Source of the DNA: Monocercomonoides exilis PA203
Lineage: Eukaryota; Protista; Preaxostyla
DNA length: 64,000 nt
Direction: 5' to 3'
NCBI GenBank assembly: GCA_001643675.2
Contig: LSRY02000004.1
Span: 62,001-126,000 of the forward strand
The translations under genes were made by a program, and so were the position numbers. The notes below the pieces were generated by a model. That model ran no database searches and had not been told where the DNA came from. It was given only the letters and a program-made list of their open reading frames with translations. Shown here piece by piece: positions 14,785 through 23,886 of the stretch (position 1 is its first letter; each line of letters opens with the position of its first letter).

Positions 14785-16145
14785 GCAAACCAATCAAAGA
14801 CGAGAAAGAGATTGAATTTGAGCAAAAAGAAAGAGAAAAACGAGTGTTTGGGCGGCTTGTAGGGGGAAGTGTGTCAGCAGGGGCGATTCCGCTGGAGGTG
14901 GAAGACGAGCTGAATGAGAAGCAGCATCAGAACAAAGACCTGATCAAGAAGACGACGGCGCTGGAGATAGCAGAAATCACGCTGGATGGTGAAGAGATAG
15001 ACGAGCAGATGAAAGGCGTGCTGGCTGCGAAGGACGAATACCTCAGCGCAGAACAGAAGAAGAGCCTGGAGATGGCAGAGGCAAACAGCAAGGAGGAGAA
15101 GAGGAGGAAGAAAGAGGAGGAAGAAATCGGATTCAGAGGAAAAGCAGATGAAAGGCCAAATGTGCTGGCGGGTATTCCACCTCTTGCTGAAATGCCTCCC
15201 ATTCAACCTTTCTCTTTCAGCGAGCCTTCTTCTTCTTCTTCTTCTTCCTCTTCCTCTTCTTCAATGTCATCTGAAACAGACACATCCACTTCATTTCAGC
15301 AACACACTTCATCAGAAGCAGAATATCCCACTTCATCCTCTTCATCATCATCTTTTTCTTCTTCTTCCTCTTCTTCTTCTTCTTCCTCTTCTTCCTCTTC
15401 TTCTTCCTTTTCAGACTATTCTCTTCTTCACAAAGAAGCCAACGAGAACTACGATGAAGAAGACCCGTCGACATGGACAGACATCAAAGACAGCGACGTC
15501 GCCAAGTTTCTGTGCACACCAGAAGAGGCGCATCTGAAGGAGCAGATTTGGGACGAGTTGTATTTGGAGTTCATCACAGAGATGCAGAAGAAGACGAAGG
15601 CGAAGAGGGAGAAGGCAGAAGAGCGCCTGGCAAACGGCGGAGGAAGAAGGCGGAGGAGGCAGAGGAAAGAGAAAGACACTGCAAGTGCAGACGGAACATC
15701 TGCTGCTGCGAAGGAAGAAGGCGGAGCAGGGCCGAAGATGGAAGAGGTGTTTGACCCAGCAAACATGACACCAACTGAGCTGGCAGCGTCTTCTTCGCTT
15801 TCGCTGCTGAAGAGGCGTGTGAGCACCAAGCTCGACTACTCTGCACTGCACAGGCTGTATGAGGTGGATCCGGAGCAGCTCTCCCAGAAGTCGATCTACT
15901 TTGGAGACGACGACGGAGGGGCAGACGATGTGCTGATGGTCGACAGGAAGAGCACTCAGCTTGGAAGTGGCGAAAGAGACAGAACTCAGAGAACACTTGT
16001 CATGGGCGGCGCTGGCACTGCTGCTCCGTCTCCAGTGCAAAATGCTTTGATGCAATCGCAGCTTGACCCAACTCAGGTTGTGAGCGATCAAATGTATGGG
16101 TACGGAGATGGAATGCCTTATGAAGATGTAGATTATGACGATTGA
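12696..16145 (+). CDS. BRF1: TFIIIB subunit BRF1 (TFIIB-related factor)
   Basis: Exon 1 MPICSQCGCRDIEIDPQRGISICIQCGH is the Zn ribbon, followed by intron 12780-12848. Then two TFIIB cyclin repeats ([63 protein letters not shown]) and the C-terminal TBP-binding block (EEAHLKEQIW...KRRVSTKLDY). Confidence 0.95.
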
Positions 16146-16325
16146 ACATTTCATTTTTTTTTTCTTTTTCTTTTTTTGTTCTTAATATGTTTTATCCTAT
16201 CATTTCAAGCTTTTATTTAATTGCTTCGTTTTATTTTTTGATATTAAATTATATTTGTGTTGTAAAATTTTCTCATGAAAATAAAGTGGACTTTTTTCAA
16301 TATTGATCAAGAAAACCAACATCAC

Positions 16326-18606
16326 ATGACGACTTTTCAAGAGCTTGGAATTTCTGATGATCTAAGCAAAATTTGCTTGGATCATGGATGGAAGGCTCCA
16401 AGACCTATACAAGTGCAAGCCATTCCACATGCTTTAAAAGGTAGAGATGTTGTAGGCCTTGCAGAAACAGGATCAGGAAAAACAGGAGCTTTTGTTCTTC
16501 CAATACTTCAGGATCTTCTAGACAATAAACGGCCTTGTCCGGCAGCTGTTGTTCTATCTCCAACACGGTTAATTTCGCTAAAATTTTTCCTTAAATATTT
16601 GATTTTTATTAAAATATTTTTTATTAATTAAAAGAGAGCTTGCGCTTCAAATTGCGGAAGAATTTCAAATCATTGGGAGGAAACTTGGACTAAAATGTGC
16701 TCTAATTGTTGGAGGAGTAGGTCTGACAAAAGTTATTGTTATTTATTTGTAATATAAACTTTTTTGTTCCTAGATCTTCAAAAGCAAGTTAAAATTCTTT
16801 CAGACCGGCCGCACGTAATTGTTGCTACGCCTGGAAGACTTTTCGATCATATTAGATCGACTAAAGGATTTTCTATCGATAAAATTAAATTTTTGGTATT
16901 GGACGAAGCCGATAGACTTTTAAACCCTGATTTCAAAGACTCTCTTGATGCCATAATTCATCATTGCCCTCGAGATCGTATCACATTCTTGTTTTCTGCA
17001 ACAATGACAAACAAAGTTACAAAATTGCAGCGAACATGCTTGAAGAATCCAGTGAAAGTGTCTGTTTCTGCTTCAAAGTTACAGACGGTTTCAACTCTAC
17101 GTCAGAGATTTCTGTTTTTCCCTCAGCACACAAAAATGACCCATCTGGTAGCTCTTCTGCTCGAACTTGCAGGGAAGTCAACTATCGTTTTCACACGGAC
17201 CTGTCCAACAACCTTGAAAACGGGAAGGGTATTGCAAATTTTGGGTATTAAAGCTGAAGCTCTGCATGGCCAAATGGATCAGCAACGTCGATTTGAAATA
17301 TTAGATCAGTTTAAAAAAGGCAAAGTGGAAGTGCTTGTAGCAACGGATGTGGCAAGTAGGTTTGTAAAATTGTTGTAAGTGAATTTATTGAATGTTTATG
17401 TTAAAGCAGATGTGAAATACAATTTTTTACATGATTTTTCGAATGGACTCAACATGTTAGCTTTGAATTTAAAATAATTATTTTATAATTTTGTTTTGAA
17501 AACAAATTTATTACGCTCTTCTTTATGATATTTTTCTTTTCTTTTCTTTCTTTTTAATTCTTATTTAAATATATCTGTGTATCATTGCATAATATAAATA
17601 GAGGTCTTGATATTCCATCTGTGGCATGTGTTATAAATTTTGACTTGCCGCAAAACACGAAGACATATCTTCATCGTGTTGGAAGAACAGCTCGTGCAGG
17701 CAGAACAGGACTGGCCTTCTCGTTTGTCACGCAATACGATGTTGTTCTGTTCAAATCTATTGAAGACACTCTCGGAGAGGCAGCGAAAGCAAAAGAAAGG
17801 AAGGAAAAGAAGGAAAAGGCAATGAAAAAGAAGAAAGGGGATGAAGAAAATGAGGAGGATGATGAAGATAATGGAGATGAGGAGGAAGAAGAGATGCAGG
17901 AAGATGAAGATGAAGATGAAGAAGAGGAGGAGGAGAAGGAGAAGGAGAAGGAAGCATGCAATGAAGATGAAAGTGATGAAGGTGAATCAGGAAAAGAAGA
18001 GAGTGATGAAGAGATAGATTCTAAAAAGACGAAAAAAACATCTTCAAAATCAAAGAAAGATATTCATTTTGCTGAAGAATCAAAGAAAGATAATTCAAAA
18101 TGGCAGATGGAGCAATATAAAATCAATCCGTCCATTATTCACACTTTGGAAAGAAGAGTTGTTGATGCAGAGCGTCTTGCTTCTATTGTATGCCAAATAT
18201 TAGTCATGTTATTTTATTGGATTGTTATATACTAACTATTGATGATTAACTCTTGAAATTTTGACAATTTTTATTTATTTATTTTTATTTATTTTCATAT
18301 TTGCATCATTTGTTTTATCATATTTTTTGAAACGTTCTTTAGGAAATGCGCGATGCTGAAAAGAAGAAAGGCAAACGAAGCAGAACAGCTTCACTCCTTA
18401 CAAATGAGGATGAAGATGAAGGAAGCAGTGTTTCTGCACTTTCTCTATTTGGTGGAGAAGATGAATCTAAAATTAATAAATCAGGTGGAGCAGATGAAAA
18501 TATAAGTGGAGAATTAGAAAGAGAAGGCAAAGATGATGATTGGATTTCAAAGAAAGATGAATCAGGAAAAAAAAGAAAAAGAAAGTCAAAAGGAAATAAA
18601 AAGTGA
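16326..18606 (+). CDS. DDX47: DEAD-box RNA helicase DDX47/RRP3 (5 exons)
   Basis: Q motif (FQELG...PRPIQ), [19 protein letters not shown] across intron 16568-16634, [38 protein letters not shown] across an intron, and [20 protein letters not shown] and SATMT.KV.KLQR are typical of the RRP3 subfamily. Confidence 0.88.
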
Positions 18607-18962
18607 AAAGAATGAATGAAGAATAATTTTTCATTATTATTTCATTTCATATTTTTTATTATCATTTCGCAAAACGAACTTTTGTTTTGAATTTATTCAT
18701 TCTTTTCAAAGAGAAAGAAACAACATTTATCATTCTTATTTATTTGAAAATATTTAAACGAAACCAAAAAAAGTATATTTCTTCAAAATGAGACATCTAG
18801 TGTTTCATCTGAAATTTTCAAAATCATTGATGTTTATAAAAGTTTTTTCGAATGAAGAAAAAGCAACAAAAATTAAACATTTTTCGATTATGTGGTTGAA
18901 GGGCAAATGGGGATCATTCGGCCAGTTTAAAAAATGAATGGAAAAAATGAGTTATGAAGCAT

Positions 18963-20340
18963 TTAACTGCAACCAACTTCTGACATATCATGTTTGAAAC
19001 ATTGTTGAATCAAATAATGATGTGAAAAACGAAAAATAAAAATTTGTGGGATCAAATTTATGATCCTCTTGATATTCTGATGCTGATTCTCCATCTCCTG
19101 CCCCAAACTCATCTTCATCTGTATCTTCTGATGATTCTTCAAAAAAAAGGTTTCTGACTCGTCTTCTGATTTATCTTCCCGATCTTCATCGGTTTTTTCA
19201 GCCACTGGAATAGAATACAATTTTCTTTTGATGAATGAATTTATTCTCATTTTTTATTATTATGAAACATAAACTCAGCAAGGTGACCGTCAATATATTT
19301 GTCTCTCACTCCAGATTTTGGTGAAACATTCTGAAATCTCGATCATAAGCTCTCCACACTGTTTGTGCATACTTTTGTGATAGGATCTACAAAGTGAAAC
19401 TGATAACACACAGTTCAATGAATTTAGTTATACTCCGGCAAACACTTGTGGACTGGCCATTCGTCCAAATAAATTGATATTTTTAGTTTGATATTTGAAA
19501 GGATAAACGGAAATAATGTTCTTTTATTTCTTTTTTCAACTCTACCAATGAAAAATCTGCTCTCTCTTTCTTTATCAACCTTTTCAATTCCTTCGAATGA
19601 CCAAATAAGAGGCTTCCTCCTTCCTTTGTGGTATTTCCCTCTTCTCAACAGGGCTTTATCGATTTTAATAAATCTCCCCTTGCCTCTGACCGCCTGAAAA
19701 TCTTCACATAAGAACTTGGCAGAATGTAATCGGCAATGAGAATACCAAAATGAAACTGATCCTCTATCAAGATTAAGCATTAAACATGTCTATGAGATAA
19801 TAATATTTAGACAGTAATACAGAAGAATAAGCAATTATTTGTTAAGAGGAATTTTGATGTTTAAAAGGAAGTTTTGTGAAAAAAGCTAATGGATTTGCCA
19901 CAATATGAGCATCAAATTGTCTTCTTGTTTCAGATCTTTTATAAACATCCATTTAGGTAATTCTTTTTGAAAAGTCGCATATGTTAAATTTTCAATAAAA
20001 TCGAAAATTTCATATTTAACTCAAATTTTTGTTGACATGTTCCAAACTTATCCTATATGAAATCTATTTTTGGATAATGCTATTTCACTCATTCCAAAGA
20101 AGATTCGTGAGAAGAAACAGAAATTTGAATAAAATATTAAATTTTTGATATTTTAGAAAATAAAACATTTGTGACTTTTCAAAAAGAATCACCAATTTTC
20201 GAACAATAATTTGGACAGTTTTCTTCATTCGTGTGAAGGGTGTTGTTGAAGATCCAGTCGAATGACCCTTCGTTGATGAAAATACAATGTTCAATTCATT
20301 TATCTCTTGTTTTGAACAGGATATGCTCTTCAACATCACT
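18963..20340 (-). mobile_element. Decayed Merlin/ISXO2 (IS1595-family) DDE transposase pseudogene, interrupted by a 240-bp palindromic insertion
   Basis: Minus-strand translation shows CPNYCSKM...CSYCGKSISFF (N-terminal Cys motif), GKGRFIKIDKALLRRGKYHKGRR..IWSFEGIE, RNKRTLFPFI, IYLDEW, IH*TVC..HFVDPITKVCTNSVESL*SRF and HLAEFM, then an acidic tail. Multiple stops and frameshifts. Element ends not defined. Confidence 0.85.
19955..20194. mobile_element. 240-bp fold-back (MITE-like) element, degenerate copy B, flanked by ATTT/ATTT
   Basis: Left end aggtaattctttttgaaaagtcgcatatg... is the imperfect reverse complement of right end ...catttgtgacttttcaaaaagaatcacca. Direct repeat attt at 19951-19954 and 20195-20198. 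Aligns with copy A at 21067. Confidence 0.85.
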
Positions 20341-21066
20341 AAATAAATCGATTTCAGATGAGTTTTAATATTTGTATTTTTTTGTACTTCTTTTTAAATT
20401 AATGAATATTTGCACACAAATAGTTTTTATAATTAATGGGTTCAAGAAAATAAAAGAATATTCAACATTCTTTCTTTTAATATATATAAACACAGAAATA
20501 TGTTTGTATTTGATATCTATTTGACACATAATAATTGAAAAAAGAAAAAAACAAGTTAATTTCTGCTTGTCGTGTAATACTCATTTCCTGCTTGAAGATT
20601 CTAACCTTCATTAATTTTAAGCAAAAAAAGTTTAATTTTTGTTTCACACACAACTTTTCAAAACCATCTCATATTATGAAATCAATTGTATTTTCTTATC
20701 AGCTTGCAGGAATCATTGATAGAATGACAAAATGTTATGTGACTTTACACTTATTTCAAAAAATGAACCAATTTTGTTGAAATTTTCAGATCACAAAAAG
20801 TGAATCTGGAACAAAAAATTTCAATGAAAAAGCTTGAAGTTAAATATTTTGTCCCATATTTTTATTAAACAACAATGATTTTTTTGATTCTTCTTTCTCT
20901 CAAAGATTGTTAATTTTCTTTCCAATTTTTCTCAATATTCATTTCGTTATTTCAAAATCACAAAATCATAATTAGAAAAATAACTTATTTTTTTCTTTTT
21001 TAAATACAGTTTGTGCAAAACATACTGTAACAATTTCTTTAATACTATTGAGAAAAAAATACACTT

Positions 21067-21306
21067 GGCTAATTTTTTTTGAAAAGTTCCTTATGTTTAA
21101 TTTTCCACTAGAATGAAAATTTCATATTTCGATCAATTTTCTGTTCCCACTCACCAAATTTCGCTGTCATGAAAATAATAACATCGCGATGATTTCACTT
21201 TCATGACAGCGAAATTTGGTGAGTGGGAACAGAAAATTGATCGAAATATGAAATTTTCATTCTATTGGAAAATTAAACAAAAGGAACTTTTCAAAAAAAA
21301 TAAGCC
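21067..21306. mobile_element. 240-bp near-perfect palindrome (MITE-like), copy A, flanked by ACTT/ACTT
   Basis: 108-bp arms (21067-21174 and 21199-21306) with 3 mismatches by manual comparison. The 24-bp spacer is centred on the perfect palindrome catcgcgatg (21182-21191). Direct repeat actt at 21063-21066 and 21307-21310. Confidence 0.93.
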
Positions 21307-21616
21307 ACTTGAATTATTGAACGATATTTTGAAACCAAAAATAATTCTGAACTTATATTTTTATTGTGCATTTCAGTCCATTCACAAAATATTCGTTAGA
21401 AGAAAAGCTTTTGATATGCTAAAAATGAAAAATTCGAATTTCACTGCTTCTACGATTTCAATTTAAAATAGAAATAGAAAATGCGACAAATAATTCAAAT
21501 AATCGAAAAAAAAATTCTTTTTTTTATTTTGTTATAATATGAATTATACAAAAAATTTTGTCAAGGAAAAATACATTATGTTTAACTATTGAATTAAAAA
21601 ATCCTTTTTTCATCAA

Positions 21617-21688
21617 GGCCTGATGGTCTAGTGGTATGATTCTTGCTTTGGGTGCAAGAGGTCCCGGGTTCAATTCCCGGTCAGGCCC
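21617..21688 (+). tRNA. tRNA-Pro, anticodon TGG, no intron
   Basis: Acceptor stem GGCCTGA/TCAGGCC, A-box TGGTCTAGTGG, anticodon arm CTTGC-TTTGGGT-GCAAG and T arm CCGGG-TTCAATT-CCCGG. 72 nt long. Confidence 0.97.
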
Positions 21689-21691
21689 TTC

Positions 21692-21696
21692 TTTTT
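21692..21696 (+). terminator. RNA polymerase III oligo-dT terminator of the tRNA-Pro gene
   Basis: TTTTT lies 3 nt downstream of the tRNA 3' end. Confidence 0.75.
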
Positions 21697-21998
21697 GAAT
21701 TTTTGAATGAGAACTGTTTATTTGAATTATCTTTTTCAATCTTCAATTCTTTCAATAATTATCAAAATTTCATTAAAAAAACTATTTTTTTTGAAAGATT
21801 AATTTAGCAATATCAGAATATTTGAAATGGTGAAATTTAAACATATAAACACTCTGAGAAAAATTTCAATAAAATAAAAAAGTTTCTTCAAATAAAAAAA
21901 ATTCTTTATCTTTTTAAAGATAGAGAATTAAAATTAAAAATAGAATTACAACTTCAATTTAAAAACTATATTGACGTTAAACATTGATTTTATAAAAT

Positions 21999-23815
21999 TT
22001 ATTGCAAAGACTGATACACCTTCATTGCCTTTCTCTTCTTTGAAGAACATACGCAACACAAAACGATTGCAATAATCATGAACACAAGAGAGATACTCGC
22101 CAAGACCACACCAGAAACGAACAGAGGATGTTTGGTGGTCATTTCTTTGTCTCTGCTCGCGTTCGTCAGCCACTCATTAACTGCATCTCGAATAGCATTA
22201 CGTGCTTCCTTCAATGATTCAGAATCAGAAGATTTTGGTGAATGGAGATCTGTGCAATGGGATCCTTTGTCAATCAAACGTATCTTCCAGTTTTGACGAG
22301 CTTCTCTGCCATCGTCTATAAAACATTGCATAAATCATTTAAAAATTATGAATTAAATTGATAAACATGAGATATTATTTATAAAAGAAAATAAATAAAT
22401 ATTTTATAAACAGCAAAATCATATAGAATAATCTTTCACATCCACCCAGCACAATATCCAAGTACATACCTTTAAACGAGCCAGGAGTAATTCCTAATTT
22501 GCTCCAAGGATCGAATCCGCCATTTGTCCATATCACATTCGTTGCCAATGAATTCCTTTCTTTAAAGTATTTGTTAATCTTGCTGACGTCTGGTATCCTT
22601 CCTGGTCCGAATGCTCTTTCGCATATTCCGTGATAATAATCCAGATTTACTCTTGTTGATCGCAGAGAGTTTTGGGGAGGAGCTGTTTGGAAGTAGCCAA
22701 ACTCGTTGCATGTTTGCCATGTCCATTGACGCCCATTTTCCAATTTGTTGGCTGTTATATTTTTGATAACAGGATCTAATGACACAAACTCATTGCACGT
22801 TGTGTCCATTTTCTCAGTCATTTTGTTGAAAAATTCTAACAGATGGCTGGATTCTGTTTCTCCGTTCACTAAGGGCTTGCTCATTGTGCTACAGAGCAGA
22901 TCTTTATATGCCTTGTCTGGTTCATTGTCCATGTTGTATTGAACGGCATGCGCAACCATATCTCCCATCCCAGAAAGGAAATCAACATTATCCTCCACTT
23001 TATCACACCCTGATGCTTTTTGAAGTTCTACATATTTTCCATTGTCAATTGTTGCCTCCATTTCCTTCATGGCATTTCTAACATGCCCTGCACAATCATC
23101 TGGCAAAGCCGCTGATATGGTCTGATCATATTCAATAAACTCATCTTCTGCAAGAACAGGACCAGAAGAAGAAATGGAACCCAAAGCAAGATGAGGATAC
23201 ATTGCTCTGAACCAAGCTGAAAGACAACCAGCATATGAACCTCCAACAATTATAACTTTATACAATTGTTTGTCTTTATTTTCTTTTTTGAGAAATTCGA
23301 TAAAATACGCAAGATCTGCAAGAGCTTGATTTGTATTCAGATATTTGAGGTTTTCAACGGAATGTTCCGTAAATGGAAGAGATTCGCCATAATACCGATG
23401 TTCAAGAGATGCAAGAAATGCCCCTTTTTCTTTTGCAAGCGCTAATATATTTAATTGATTCAGATAAAAATAAATAAACAAAATAAATGTATCTGCGAAC
23501 GATACGAAATTGCACACTATAAAGAAAGTTATCTTCAAGACAATTATCTTTCATTTTGGCTTCTCCACTGATATATACAAACATCAAATGAGTCCCTGTG
23601 TAAAAGTCATCGTTTGTAACATATCTTTGCCTGAAAGTTATGTTGCTCTTTGGATCAAAATGGTCGAGCTTTTGATCCAACCATCGAACATTTGGAGTCG
23701 AAGGAGCTTTGGTTTGCAGAGTCAAACTTCTTTCTGAACTTAAAGAAAATGTTTGAGTTCCAAAAAACCTTGCCTGAGAACTCGAAAATAAAATGTACAA
23801 TAGAAATATATGCAT
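21999..23815 (-). CDS. Serine peptidase family S28 (PRCP/PRSS16-like) with signal peptide and C-terminal transmembrane helix (3 exons)
   Basis: QKLDHFDP...TFRQRY, LEHRYYGESLP, LKYLNTNQALADLAYF, GGSYAG (Ser), WTWQTCNEFGYFQT, NGGFDPW (Asp) and SHCTDL (His). Hydrophobic N-terminus; LFVSGVVLASISLVFMIIAIVLCCVC-KKRK at the C-terminus. Confidence 0.93.
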
Positions 23816-23886
23816 CTACAAAACGAATAGACTGATCATAATCCCTTTTCAAAAATTGATATTTTTGTATTTGTAACAAAAATTGT

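Noticed and set aside
18894-18925. GC-rich ggttgaagggcaaatggggatcattcggcc as a possible Merlin terminal inverted repeat
   Set aside because: Only weak partial complements were found (near 20258 and 20400) and no 8-9-bp target duplication, so it cannot be supported.
19340-19430. In-frame TAA/TGA in the transposase, one at a conserved Trp, suggesting an alternative genetic code
   Set aside because: The same element also has frameshifts. Host genes have multi-kb ORFs free of in-frame stops and terminate at TAA and TGA, so this is pseudogene decay under the standard code.
21203-21466. 87-aa ORF starting in the right arm of palindrome A (also ORF 20085-20339 crossing copy B)
   Set aside because: Chance ORFs in AT-rich repeat sequence with no recognisable motifs.
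21524-21739. 71-aa minus-strand ORF (GPDRELNPGPLAPKARIIPLDHQA)
   Set aside because: It is the antisense translation of the tRNA-Pro gene.
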